Positions 1 to 12,440 of a stretch of DNA of 64,000 bases are shown piece after piece. Origin of the DNA: Octopus vulgaris (Eukaryota). Every line of letters begins with the position of its first letter. Positions within the stretch are counted from its first letter, which is position 1. The notes under the pieces are model-generated. The model had not been told where the DNA came from. It did not search any database and saw nothing but the letters and a program-made list of their open reading frames with translations. The translations under genes and the position numbers were made by a program. The stretch spans positions 137,330,001 through 137,394,000 of the forward strand of contig OX597818.1 in NCBI GenBank assembly GCA_951406725.2, read 5' to 3'.

Positions 1-705
1 ATTCCTTTCGATACTATCAATATGATTACAAAACTTCTTTCTAGACGATATCTTCTGTTTGGTCGACACTAATTTTCAAATTACTGGAGTCCATTGCTCT
101 ACTCATAGGGACGTATAACTGGTCCTGTGTAAATATCGGAGTGGGTAAAAATACACCTACTCCATCTAAAGTTTGGCCCTGTTCTTGTTTACTGTGAATG
201 CACGAGCGGAAACTTTAGGGATGCAAAAAATCAAGCTAAGACTTACTTCTCACTGTTCTATGCGAATAATGTCTGGATGTGCTGGTACCATGGGTTATTT
301 TGATTGATGAAACTGATATGTAAACAATAGCCTCTTCGATTAGTCGTTTCGAATCCCGCTCGAGACTGACACAATTCAAATAATCACACATACTATATAC
401 AGACACACACTTTTTCCATTTTATTTTCGCTATTAACCGTCCTCGCGACCCCTTTCGCTTCTATGATGGGGCCACGATGAAAATCTAGAGTTACTCGTGG
501 TCGATGAATTTTTAATAGAAATGCGAAGGTGGTTTATGAATTAAAAAATCGATATCCACGAAATAATCATACTTTCTGAGTTTTTAATGCTAAAAACCTT
601 GTTGATAACCGTCTTTGTAATGCCGAAAAATATCATAACCACCGGTCGTGAAGAGGGAACAGACAAAGAGACAGACAGACAGACATAACGCCCATTATAG
701 TAAGA
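1..705 (-). mobile_element. Helitron deletion derivative: 5' terminus plus decayed PIF1-type helicase C-terminus; 3' end lies outside the window
   Basis: Minus strand starts A|TCTTACTATAAT followed by (GTCT)n, typical of Helitron 5' ends. Minus-strand translation at ~62-200 gives AFTVNK/QGQTLDGVGVFLPTPIFTQDQLYVPMSRA, matching the PIF1 motif TINKSQGQTL..VG.YL..PVF.HGQLYVALSR, with a frameshift. Confidence 0.8.
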
Positions 706-720
706 TATATGTATATGTAA

Positions 721-769
<49 letters not shown>

Positions 770-1140
770 ATTTTTCGGCTAAACCCTTAAAACATGGCCA
801 CAGTTTACTGACTGAAAGACGTAAGAGATAAAAGACATATATTGAACTGGTTATAAAATCAGAATCAGTATCTGAGTGTCTGCTTGAATTCTTAAATCCT
901 CAAAACGAACAATAGAGATTTTAGAGGCCTTTTATCTTATTTGCCAACAACATACAAAGCCCTTACATCCACGCTCATTAAAAGGCTGTGGTTATTCCCA
1001 TGTATAGCAAAAGCATATTATCAGAGGACCAGAACGGAGGCCGAAAAGTAAAGTCTCAGTTAAGTGTAGCGACTGGTGAACCGAGCTATTACAGAAGACA
1101 AAACAAGAGAAAACAAATTTTAGTGCGTTCTTGATTGATT

Positions 1141-1440
1141 GTTGTTTGTTCCTTCTTGAGCCACGCTTGGCTCATAAGGACCGTTTCCCCGGTTTCATTG
1201 GCATAGAGGTTCCTCACCTGGATAGGGTGCCGGTCCGTCGCAGGTGAGCTGCTAGATGCAGGAGGAAAAAGTAAGAGAAAGTTGTGGTGAAAGTGTCAGC
1301 AGAAGTTCGCCATTACCTTCTGCCGGAACAGCGTGGAGCTTAGGTTTTTTAGCTCATAAATACACACATCGCCTGGTCTGAGATTCGAACTCGCGATTCC
1401 TCGATGGCGAGTCCGCTGCTCTAACCACTAGGCTTCCACC
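1141..1440 (-). mobile_element. tRNA-headed SINE: family-A head with an alternative, V-domain-like tail
   Basis: A-box AGCCTAGTGG and B-box GAGTTCGAATC. Body is homologous to family A as far as CAACTTTCTCT, then diverges (CCTGCGACGGACCGGCACCCTATCCAGG...). 12-bp TSD TCTTGATTGATT at 1129-1140 and 1441-1452. Confidence 0.85.
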
Positions 1441-1572
1441 TCTTGATTGATTACAGTGAATCATTTGATGGAAATTAGAGACACGCTGATTGTATAAAGT
1501 AACTTCAGTACAAATAAAATACTTTATTACACTATGCCAAAATGAAACAACCATATCACTACAAAACATTCC

Positions 1573-1791
1573 TTTTATTCTTTTATTTGTTTCAGTCATA
1601 TGACTGTGGTCACACTGGAGCACCACCTTCAAGGATTTTGGTCGAACAAATCGGGCCGACTAAATCCACTCACAAGGATTTGGTCGGCCCGAGGTTATAG
1701 TATAACACAATTGCCCAAGATTCCACGCAGTGGGATTGAACCCAGGACCATGTGGTTGGGAAGCAAGCTTCTTACCACACAGCCACGTCTG
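1573..1791 (-). mobile_element. SINE family B, internally deleted
   Basis: Head and tail match the full copy at 34324-34738; the middle is missing. Confidence 0.8.
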
Positions 1792-1950
1792 TAAGGAAAT
1801 AATTAAATTTAACGCTACAGTCATGAGAAGATTCCAAATACTCCGTGGGGCTCTACTCAGCTCTGACTGAATACAGAAATCTCGCAGTAATCACCGTTTA
1901 ATATTACATGAGAAAATGCGAGCAAGAGAAATAATATTCTTAAGATTATA

Positions 1951-2030
1951 ATTCTGGAAAAGTTTAGGACAAGTTATTACACTTGGAATAGTTCAGGACA
2001 AGTTATTACATCTGGTAAAGTACAGAACAA
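1951..2030. repeat. ~29-bp tandem repeat, about 3 copies
   Basis: Recurring AGGACAAGTTATTACA units. Confidence 0.7.
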
Positions 2031-2116
2031 AAACTTTTTTACTTAAAATATTGCAACTAAGGATAAAATTTCAAATAAAATATTACTTCTATTTGTTATT
2101 ACTTTTTACTTCTATT

Positions 2117-2498
2117 GGAGGCGCAATGGCCCAGTGGTTAGGGCTGCGGACTCGCGGTCATAGGATCGCGGTTTCGATTCCCAGACCGGGCGTTGTGAGT
2201 GTTTATTGAGCGAAAACACCTAAAAGCTCCACGAGGCTCTGGCAGGGGATGGTGGTGATCCCTGCTGTACTCTTTCACTACAACTTTCTCTCACTCTTAC
2301 TTCCTGTTTCTGTTGTACCTGTATTTCAAAGGGCCGGCCTTGTCACTCTCTGTGTCACGCTGAATATCCCCGAGAACTACGTTAAGGGTACACGTGTCTG
2401 TGGAGTGCTCAGCCACTTACACGTTAATTTCACGAGCAGGCTGTTCCGTTGATCGGATCAACCGGAACCCTCATCGTCGTAACCAACGGAGTGCTTCC
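2117..2498 (+). mobile_element. SINE family A, full length
   Basis: GGAGGCGCAATGGCCCAGTGG (A-box) and GGTTTCGATTCC (B-box), ending GGAGTGCTTCC. Near-identical copies occur at six other positions in the window. Confidence 0.95.
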
Positions 2499-2736
2499 AC
2501 CTATAACGTCGCTAAAAAATTTGATGTAAACTTTTTTCTACGGGACCAAATCTCAATATTTTTATGCCTAAATGTAGCTAGGGATCAATCTTCTTCAAAA
2601 ATGTTAACGGTTTTCCATTTAGTTAAGAACTGAATTAGCGACAAGCTGTGAAAGATGCTGTGTGTGAGTAAATTGCAGCCTTCAGAATATTATTCAAATA
2701 CTGTAGTAGTTGAATGATAAACGCTACGGATAAACT

Positions 2737-2790
2737 ATAAACTATTTCCTCCATATGGATGAATTAAAAATCTGACCAAGAGAAAAAAAC
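2737..2790 (+). pseudogene. Possible highly decayed R4/Dong-like RT fragment
   Basis: Translates INYFLHMDELKI*, resembling INHLLYMDDLKL. Short match only. Confidence 0.3.
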
Positions 2791-3130
2791 CAGTCGAGAA
2801 AACCTACACACAATTATGAATTCGCCCAACGCAAGGAAATAACTAAAACTGAGAACCTAAAATTAATTACACTCAACGAAATCTGAGTATTAAACCAAAG
2901 CAATTATTAAAAGGAGGTGAAACTAATGAAATATAACACAGATGAAAGAGAAAATTAGAAAGCAGTTATAGATGAAAACTGTTATAGATGAAACAACTAC
3001 GTTTATATGTAAACAAACATATTTTTTTTAGAAGCGTCGAATGTGTACCGTACAATACAAACAAAAATGTAATATTTCGCACGCAGTATCACCATTAAAA
3101 CAGCAGAAAAATTGGGTATTACAAGGCGGA

Positions 3131-3488
3131 GGAGGTGCAATGGCCCAGTGGTTAGGGCAGCGGACTCGCGGTCATAGGATCGCGGTTTCGATTCCCAGAC
3201 CGGGCGTTGTGAGTGTTTATTGAGCGAAAACACCTAAAAAGCTCCACGAGGCTCCGGCAGGGGATGGTAGTGATCCCTGCTGTACTCTTTCACCACTCTT
3301 TCTCTCACTCTTACTTCCTGTTTCTGTTGTTCCTGTATTTCAAAGGGCCGGCCTTGTCACACTCTGTGTCACCCTGGGTACACGTGTCTGTGGAGTGCTC
3401 AGCCACTTACACGTTAATTTCACGAGCAGGCTGTTCCGTTGATCGGATCAACAGGAACCCTCGTCGTCGTAACCGACGGAGTGCTTCC
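3131..3488 (+). mobile_element. SINE family A with an internal deletion of ~25 bp
   Basis: Same head and tail as 2117; lacks AATATCCCCGAGAACTACGTTAA. Confidence 0.95.
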
Positions 3489-3859
3489 TACTATATGTGT
3501 ATGTCTGTGTCTGTGTGAGTGTAATAAAAAAAAATGTAGCAGCTAAAACAAATACACTGTCAAAACAATTCAGATAAGACAATAGACTTTATCATTTCTG
3601 ACTGCCCAGTCACTTGCCGAGTCCGCGTATATATATACAGAAGAGATCAAGTTGACAGTTTATTTCTACTGGGGTCTATTGGAGTAGTTCGAAGTGAAAA
3701 CATATAAAAAGTGGTATAATCAATTACCGAATAGTGTGCATGATAACAACCTGGCCAAAATCATTTGGGCATACTTGTCCAGATTGATAAGGAGATATAG
3801 TCAATCTGCTCATATATAATTATCACAGGCGGGAATGAAGGAGTTTGTAGTCTAACGTA

Positions 3860-4430
3860 AATAATCTATATAGATTGCTCTTGATGTTAGTATCATTTTC
3901 CTTTACTTTGATAATTGTGGCTAGAAATTTCTTCTCTGCAGTTCAGATAGGATCTTATAACTTTAGCGCTGAATTTTCGAGCCAGTGTTAGCTTTTACAT
4001 TACGCATACATTATCTCTGTTGAGTTTATGTGGTTTTGGTGTGTTCTTTCTTTTCAATGCTTCTCTTTTCTCTTCAATTCTTCTCTTTTCTCTTCAATTC
4101 TTCTCCTTTCTCTTCAATTCTTCTCCTTTCTTTTCAATGCTTCTCTTTTCTCTTCAATTCTTCTCTTTTCTAAAAGTTTCCAAAATAGTTCTAGAAAAAC
4201 TCGATGTGAAGTGAAAGCAATATTGATCGTCCAGCCAGATTATATTGTGGTTACGGTTTTTGTGTTCGTTTTTGTTCGCTAGAGTGGTTAGTTTGGACGT
4301 ATTTTCCCCACTATTTCAGCTCTCTGTCGAGTAGTTTACAATTCTAGAGAATGCTTTCTTTTTATTGGAAGAGATAGATATCTGAAAATCAATATTGATC
4401 ACAGGGTTCTTAGACACTTCCATGTCGGAC
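3860..4430 (-). pseudogene. Decayed Penelope-like element, RT thumb/linker region, interrupted by a minisatellite
   Basis: Minus-strand pieces KNPVINIDFQISISSNKKKAFSRIVNY..*NSG, KNRNHNIIW, LFWKLLEK, HKLNRDNV and EISSHN follow the order of PLE motifs RNIIWFNPP / FL.L..KHFP / HKL.KIFNRN / IISSHN. Confidence 0.5.
4046..4170. repeat. 20-bp pyrimidine-rich minisatellite, about 6 copies
   Basis: TCTTCAATTCTTCTCTTTTC units. Confidence 0.9.
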
Positions 4431-4584
4431 AAAAATATTTGAGAAAATTTTGTTGTCAAAATTTGAAAGTTAGATATTGCTGTATGACTAATATGCGGAA
4501 CATCCTTATAAGTAGTAACTGCTCAGAATTATCAAACAAGCATCCAGCTAGGAAACAAAGTTCGCTTATAGTTATCTGAATATG

Positions 4585-4967
4585 GGAAGCACTCCGTCGG
4601 TTACGACGACGAGGGTTCCGGTTGATCCGAATCAACGGAACAGCCTGCTCGTGAAATTAACGTGTAAGTGGCTGAGCATTCCACAGACACGTGTACCCTT
4701 AACGTAGTTCTCGGGGATATTCAGCGTGACACAGAGAGTGACAAGGCCGGCCCCTTTGAAATACAGGTACAACAGAAACAGGAAGTAAGAGTGAGAGAAA
4801 GTTGTAGTGAAAGAGTACAGCAGGGATCACCACCATCCCCTGCCGGAGCCTCGTGGAGCTTTAGGTGTTTTCGCTCAATAAACACTCACAATGCCCGGTC
4901 TGGGAATCGAAACCGCGATCCTACGACCGCGAGTCCGCTGCCCTAACCAGTGGGCCATTGCGCCTCC
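4585..4967 (-). mobile_element. SINE family A, full length
   Basis: Reverse complement of family A. 11-bp TSD TTATCTGAATA at 4572-4582 and 4969-4979. Confidence 0.95.
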
Positions 4968-5288
4968 CTTATCTGAATAATCTAGTCAACGTAAATAACG
5001 AGGGAGGTAACTACAACTGTCAAAATACAGTGTTAAGTTTTTGGACATTTCATGCAAAAATGAATCACTGAGTTATTAACCTGCAGTGTAAGTCATCGAA
5101 AACATAAAACCCATAGATCCTATATCGGAGTGCGTAAGAGCAGCTTCAGGAGAAGGTGTTTAAACCAGTAGTCCGGATCTAGATGTCGAGGAATAAGAAA
5201 CTGTACAATGTCATTAATCCCTGTATGCTCCTTGATAGATAAAAATGGCCACTTAAAACCACCTAGACTAAAATGAACAGCAGCAATA

Positions 5289-5636
5289 GGAGGCGCAATG
5301 GCGCAATGGTTAGGGCACCGGACTCGCGCTCGGAGGATCGCGGCTTCGATTCCCAGACCGGGCGTTGTGTGTGTTTATTGAGCGAAAACACCTAAAGCTC
5401 CACGAGGCTTCGATAGGGGGTGGTGGCGACCCCTGTTGTACTCTTTCGCTCCAACTTTCTCTCACTCTTTCTTCCTGTTTCGTGCCCCCGACTTCCTACG
5501 CAACCGCTGAGCCAGGATGCGCATTTAGCCATCCGTCGATGCTCGCGGTGTCGGGGGTTGACCTGCTTTCTCTTCTGCGGTTCTTACGAATAGCAAAGGA
5601 CCACGTTTCGGACTTCTCCCATCTTGCGTCAACAGC
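5289..5636 (+). mobile_element. SINE: family-A head and body with a second alternative 3' tail
   Basis: Family-A-like to ~5480 (CTTCCTGTTTC), then an unrelated GC-rich tail of ~150 nt. 13-bp TSD AACAGCAGCAATA at 5276-5288 and 5637-5649. Confidence 0.9.
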
Positions 5637-5992
5637 AACAGCAGCAATAAATACAACGTTTGTTCAAGTCTTTGTGGTCACAAACTTAATAAGAAAATAC
5701 ATCATCCTTACTAAAATAGCATGAACCTTGATAGTAAAATCAGAACTGGTTTCTAAGTACCGTCACGAAAACAAGTATATATTTTAAAGCGTCAACAGAG
5801 CTAAAATGACACATTAAGCATAAACATCCGAAAACCTAAAAATTGTAGATTGCCATCCTCCATGCAACACAAACTGGAAGTCAACAATGCATTAAATAAC
5901 ACTGGTAAACTTCGACTGAGGGAAATTCCGACTCCACCCCGTTAGATCCACCGGTTAATAGTCCAACAATAGGAATATTAAACTCTGCTTTC

Positions 5993-6350
5993 GAGTGGTT
6001 GTGCGTTAAGAAGTTTACCTCCTAATCACATGGTTCTGGGTTCAGTCCCACTGCGTGGCACTTCGGCCCGACCAAAGCCTTATGAGTGGATTCGGTTGAC
6101 GGAAACTGAAAGAAGCCCGTCGTATATGTGTGTGTGTGCGTATGTGTTGTGTGTGTGTGTGTGCGTGTGTGTATTCTTGTGTCTCTATTTGTACCCCACC
6201 CACCGCTTGACGACCGGTGCTGTTCCTGTAACTTAGCGGTTCGGCAAAAGTAACCGATAGAATAAGTACCAGACCATTTTTTGTTTTTTAGAAAGTACAT
6301 TGCTCCAGCATGGCCGCAGTCTAATGGTTGAAAAAATTAAGAGAAAAGAA
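5993..6350 (+). mobile_element. SINE family B, diverged
   Basis: GGTTCAGTCCCACTGCGTGGCA B-box region, internal (TG)n, and tail TGCTCCAGCATGGCCGCAGTC. Confidence 0.85.
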
Positions 6351-6510
6351 TATTGAAAATTAGTTTTGATACTATGATGTCTTGTAGTCTGTGTTACTTT
6401 ATTGTATTACAGTTGACGTAATCACATTTACCAACATGGAACTAACGAGAACTATACATACAAAAACCATGTGCGTGTGTATATATAAGTATGTAAATAT
6501 ATTGTATGTC

Positions 6511-6705
6511 ACTAGTTTCAGGACCCTGATTGCGGCCATGCTTGGGCCCACGCCTCCAAGGGTTTTAGTCGAACAAATCGACCTCAGGACTTTTGTCTTT
6601 TAAGCCTAGTGCTTATTCTATCGATCTGTTTAGCCGAGCCGCTAATATACGGGGCGTAAACACACCAATATCGGTTGTCAGGTAGTGTGTGCGTGTAGGG
6701 GATAA

Positions 6706-6736
<31 letters not shown>

Positions 6737-6916
6737 CACACACACACAAACACACATATACGACGGCATTCTTTCAGTTTCCGTCTACCAAATCCACTCA
6801 AAAGGTTTTGGTCGGCCTGAGGCTATAGTAGAGACCTACGCAACATACCACGCAGTGGGACTGAACCTGGAGCCATGTGGTTGGGAAGCAAGCTTCTTAC
6901 TACACAGCCATGCCTT
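6511..6916 (-). mobile_element. SINE family B
   Basis: Reverse complement of family B with internal (CA)n. Confidence 0.85.
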
Positions 6917-6975
6917 CGGCCATATATATATGTATATATGTATATATATATATACATATAGGCATGCACACGTAT

Positions 6976-7011
<36 letters not shown>

Positions 7012-7429
7012 CAGGAAGGATACATGTACATACACATATATACGTGTGAGTGTGTGCGTTTAAAGAATGGAAACGTAAGAATAACAATATCTGGCGGAAA
7101 ATATATATTCGTCGAGATAAAAAGAGTAGAGAAGCAAATAAGAGAAAAAGAAAGTAATATTGATAGAAAGCGGACGAAAGACAATAAGAAATGGTGGACG
7201 GCGGCGGTGGTGGGTCGGTGGTTGAGAGGTTTAAGGAATTAGGGTGAAAAGAGAAGATATATAAAGGAATAATGTGCTGAACAAATGTAATATTTATGGA
7301 GCTGTGTCGTCTGCTTAACGTCACCATTCCATCGTCATTCTCTCAGAATAAACTTTGACGCCATGTCTAAGTGGGTGCTATTTATCCATAAAATAAGACA
7401 ATATGACTGGCTGTCTGTGGGACGGAGTT

Positions 7430-7572
7430 GTAGCGTGGCATGTGTATGCGGATATACAAATTGATATATGCATACGTACACTCACATAGAAGATTATACG
7501 CATTTGTGTGTATGTATGTATGTATGTACATACATAAATACATACATACATACATATACATACATACATACA

Positions 7573-7615
<43 letters not shown>

Positions 7616-7839
7616 TATACACACACATACATATACATATATATGCAGATATACAAGTAATCTTATACATTTGCAAAACCGAATAAATATTATATTGTAT
7701 ATATGCATATTTCTGTGGATATACATATACGTACTTATATACATATGTATACACACACAGATACACACACACGCATATACACACATACACACACACACAC
7801 ATATATATATGTATATATATATATATATATATATCTCCA

Positions 7840-7886
<47 letters not shown>

Positions 7887-8362
7887 ATATATACTCACAT
7901 AAGTATGCATACATATATGTGTGTATATATGTTATTGTATATATAAATATACGGGGTATGTGCACGCGTGTGTATGTTTATATAAGTGTGTGTGTATATA
8001 ATACACACACACGCGCACACGCGCACACACACATATACTTATACAGACATACACTGTGATATATGAACACGTATTGCGTACGCGCAGATTTACGTTTGGT
8101 GTATTTAAATAAAACGGAGAAGACATTTGCCTTCTAGGTACTAAAAATTCGGAATGATCCCCCTCACCGCCAATTCACTCTTTCACCACCACCCCCCATT
8201 CAATCCATATAGATTTTAATAGCGTCCATGGACACTCCCTGAGGGGCTGAATGGAGAATAGAAGGCATGTGTCTAAAAACCGAATAAATATTAAAATTAT
8301 CGAGATACGGTAAGATGGGTATTGGCAAAGGGAGTGGAATGGAGTGGAGGAGAGAGGGAGAG

Positions 8363-8399
<37 letters not shown>

Positions 8400-9026
8400 G
8401 GGATGGGAGAGGAAGGAAACAAAGGATAGAGATAGAGATAGTGTTAAAGAGAGGGAAGAGAGAGCAAGAGAGAGAGAGAGAGAGGGAGACAGAGAGTGAG
8501 GGATGGGAGAGGAAGGAAACAAAGGATGGAGATAGAGATAGTGATAAAGAGAGGGAAGAGAGAGAGAGAGAGAGAGAAAGAAAAGGATTTTGTGTATGAG
8601 TGTGGCAATATATGAATGGATGGATGAAGGAAAGCGTAAAGGAAGGAGATTACTAGAGGTGTGGAGGAGTTATTAATGCTTGTATATCTCAAGTGCACGC
8701 GCATATGTGTATGTATATGCTCATATATATATACATACATATATATATACATATATATATTCCTAAATATGATATATATATATTTTTGCGCATTGGCCCT
8801 TTCTTTCTTTCTCTCTATATATGTGTGTGTATGTGTGTGTGAGTATGTGTGTATATGTGTGTGCACGTGTGTATACATACGCACATGCAGGTGTTCATAT
8901 ATACATAGACACGTGTGTGTCTGTGTATATGACATTTGTAAACACATACGTAAGTCCATACGTGTACATGTATACATATATACTCACACACACACAATCA
9001 CACAGATACACAGACATGCACACTTA

Positions 9027-9062
<36 letters not shown>

Positions 9063-9195
9063 TGTATGTATGTATGTATGTATGTATGTATGTATGTATG
9101 TATATGTATGCATTCATATAATTACACACAGAGGAATACATAGACACACTCACACGTTTATATGTATACATATACATGAACACACACACTTATGA
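7430..9195. repeat. Compound microsatellite field: (TA)n, (CATA)n, (GA)n, (TG)n, including a ~98-bp purine-rich duplication at ~8372-8580
   Basis: Direct reading of the sequence. Confidence 0.9.
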
Positions 9196-9687
9196 CTAGA
9201 ATGACAACCTCCGGCAGTAGCAGTTTGCAATCGTCATTTGATTTCTTCGATTTATTTCTCCCACATAAGTTATACCTTTTCATTATGCATATTCTCTAAA
9301 CAATACGCTTCCTTTTCGTTTTCCTTAAGATCCTCACGTTTCATGTCTACCTGTTGAAAATAGGTGAACTTGTACCATTCAGTTTCACATCAATGTATCA
9401 TTCCCGTGACATTATAACAGAAGGGCAGATAACGTTCCTGGAAATTGATATGCTTTTAAAAATTTGGACGTTGTCAATAGGATGTAGCAGGTGTTAGTAC
9501 TATTACTTCTAAAGAGTAAAGAACACAATACATGTGCCAACTAAAGACATATTTGTGGAATTTGAAGGCTCAACTATCACACTGACTAACGGTTTCATCT
9601 CGGTCGGAAAATCTTCAGGTGGAGGAATACCGAGGGATGAAACCACTGAACACTATTATGAAATAATAAGCTATTATGTGCGTTTAG

Positions 9688-9996
9688 AAGGCGCATGTCA
9701 GTGGTTTGAGGGTCGGGCTCTCAATTATGAGGTAGAGTTGTTCGATTCTCGGACAGGGCTGTGTGTTGTGTTTTTGAGTAAGGCACTATTTCACGTTGCT
9801 CCAGTTCACTCAGCTGTAGAAATGAGTTCCTGGTGCCAAACTGTATCGGCATTTCCCTTGGATAACCTCGGTAGCGTGGAGAGAAGAGGCTGGAATGCAG
9901 GGCCGACTGATGGTCTTCCATAAACAACCTCGCCTGGACTTGTGCTCCGAAGAGGAACTTTCTCATGGTGATTCATGACCGAGGTGGGGGTCTTTA
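9688..9996 (+). mobile_element. tRNA-headed SINE with a CORE-like central domain and a distinct tail
   Basis: B-box GTTCGATTC. Central TTGAGTAAGGCACT...TTGCTCCAGTTCACTCAGCTGTAGAAATG is shared with 60403 and 30540. 7-bp TSD CGTTTAG. Confidence 0.75.
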
Positions 9997-11265
9997 CGTT
10001 TAGTTAAACAGTAGCTGTGTTGGCTAGTAGTAAATATATAAAGGACTAATAACGGAATAAATATTTTGTTAGACGAAAAAAGTGAAGTTTAAAGTTTCGG
10101 AAATTAGACCTCTTCAGTGAAAGGTATGACTCTTGATCGTTTCTTCGCGGCATATAATATATGTCACTACCTGAACATTTTTACGCACGCATTTTTATAA
10201 AATTTAAATTCTTTTTAAGAAGAAGAAAGTGTTTTCTAGCAAAGAAACAAAACACCACCGCTGGAAATTTTTTTACAAAAAATATGACTCCTGCTTTTAT
10301 CTTTTTTATTTGCTTAAATCCTTGAACTGCAGCAATGCTATCGTTTTCATATTTTAACTGTTCTACTTACAGATTGCATTTGCAGAGTATCTGTTAACTG
10401 GTTACTTTCTTCGCCTGATTGCCTGAAAAGCCCAGCTTTTCAAGTTTACGACGTAAACATTTAGTAGCATAGCTATGCATTATTGATTATATATATATAA
10501 TAAATGTGAATTTATAATCTATATAAATAAGCTGTATGTTTCTAAGTAATTGTTCTCAAATATTCTCTTTCTCACTGACCGTGAAAGAAATGTTTACCTC
10601 TACAGGTCTGCCGAACTCTATAAAGACATAATTATTCTTTTCTTTCTCAAACACCAGATTGTTATGTTTGCACAGGTCGAAGTTTTGATAGGAATATTCA
10701 ACCAATATTCCTTGTGCCGGTTCTCTGCATTTCTTTCAGAGCAGTCTTTCTTGCAGATTGAATTGTATATTGTTTCGCAACGACATCATGCCTCATTGAA
10801 AGGCAACACTTCAATGACAGTTATGGACAGCTGGTGATGACATATGTTGTATCTTCCACAGAAATGTGACATAATCCGACATTTTCTGTGGCATTTGGAC
10901 AGTTAAGTACTTCGCAGTCTCTATTCTTCGTTGGGCATTTTGTTGTCATCTTCTGCACTTAAGTTACAAAAGTTATTTATATACTATTGAAAGTGTGACG
11001 TGATGAAACGGTCATAAGTTCAAGAAAAACTACACATCGCATTAATATTACGATTAATATTATGTCTGCGTGAAATATCCTTATGCATAAACATTTTTCG
11101 GGACGCAGAGTGTTTCCTTTCCAGTTACTTTTTAGTTATGATAATTCTGCAGTTATGGGTCTGCACGTAAAGTCTACGTTTGTTTTGCTCTTATCTTTCG
11201 AAGTGTTCTTATATAGTGTTTCTAGACTAGAAATAAGACTCTTTAATCCGAATATAAAAATTCTC

Positions 11266-11266
<1 letters not shown>

Positions 11267-11296
<30 letters not shown>

Positions 11297-11482
11297 TGTA
11301 TGTATGTATGTATGTATGTATGTATGTATGTATGTATCATGTATGTATGTATGTATGTATGTATGTATGTATGTATGTATGTATGTATGTATGTATCATG
11401 TATGTATGTATCATGTATGTATGTATGTATGTATGTATGTATGTATGTATGTATGTATGTATGTATGTATGTATGTATGTAT
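11267..11482. repeat. (TATG)n microsatellite
   Basis: Direct reading of the sequence. Confidence 0.95.
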
Positions 11483-11483
11483 G

Positions 11484-11895
11484 GGCGAAGGAGTGGCTGT
11501 GTGGTAAGTAGCTTGCTTACCAACCACATGGTTCCGGATTCAGTCACATTGCGTGGCACCTTGGGCAAGTGTCTTCTACTATAGCCTCGGGCCGACTAAA
11601 GCCTTGTGAGTGGATTTGGTGAACGGAAACTGAAAGTAGCCCGTCATATATATGTATACATATATGTATGTGTGTGTATGCGTTTGTGTGTCTATGCTCG
11701 TCCCTCCAATATCGCTTGACAATCGTTGCTGGTGTGTTTACGTCACCATAACTTAGCGTTTCGGCAAAAAGAGACCGATAGAATAAGGCTTCTACAGAAT
11801 TAGTCTTGGGGTTGATTTGCTCGACTAAAGGCGGTGCTCCAGAATGACCGTAGCGAAATGACTGAAACAAGTAACATAGCAAAAGAGTAAAAGAG
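11484..11895 (+). mobile_element. SINE family B, full length
   Basis: GGAGTGGCTGTGTGGTAAG head and AAAAGAGT-repeat tail. Confidence 0.9.
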
Positions 11896-12169
11896 AGTGC
11901 TAGACTTTGAAATATCTACTATGGTTGATACGTTTGACTGAGTCACTTCAAGGCGATGTCCCAACACGCCCGCAGTTCAATGATGGATCCAAATAATACA
12001 TAAAAGATACTATATATGTGAGCGTGTTTTGAGGGTGGGTGAATTAATAAGACACCATTCTATCATAGACAACTTTCATAGGTGGACTTGTATCTAGCTT
12101 CTCCAATAACAAGAGAGAATAACATAGAATTGTGTCTTCAGTGTATATGTGTGTATGTGTGTGTATATA

Positions 12170-12231
<62 letters not shown>

Positions 12232-12244
12232 TATTATATATATA

Positions 12245-12440
12245 GCATCCATGCTTGATCGCTAAATCTACAAGTTTTTTACTCCCTATCTCTCTCTGTT
12301 TATTTTGTCTTATTCCTTTCTGTTGAAGAGCGTAGGCTCGAAACGTAATAGACTTGCTCACTTTCCCGAGCGTCAAACTAATACACCTGCTGTTTTTCAT
12401 ACACCTGTCTACGTTTTTTGTCTTTCTGTAAATTTCAGCT
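12245..12440 (+). mobile_element. Penelope-type pseudo-LTR fragment with a hammerhead-like motif (CUGUUGA core)
   Basis: 12316-12351 reads CTTT CTGTTGA A GAGC-GTAG-GCTC GAAA CGTA ATAG. The same family occurs at 50015 and 61040. Confidence 0.65.

Noticed and set aside
2117-2192. tRNA gene calls for SINE heads
   Set aside because: They are embedded in SINEs with bodies, tails and TSDs; no free-standing canonical cloverleaf was seen.
2249-2452. Recurrent MVVIPAVLFH ORF family
   Set aside because: Incidental frame inside SINE family A.
10085-10122. Minus-strand CTGAAGA-GG..CC-GAAAC hammerhead core
   Set aside because: No pairable stem I or stem III with a UH site.
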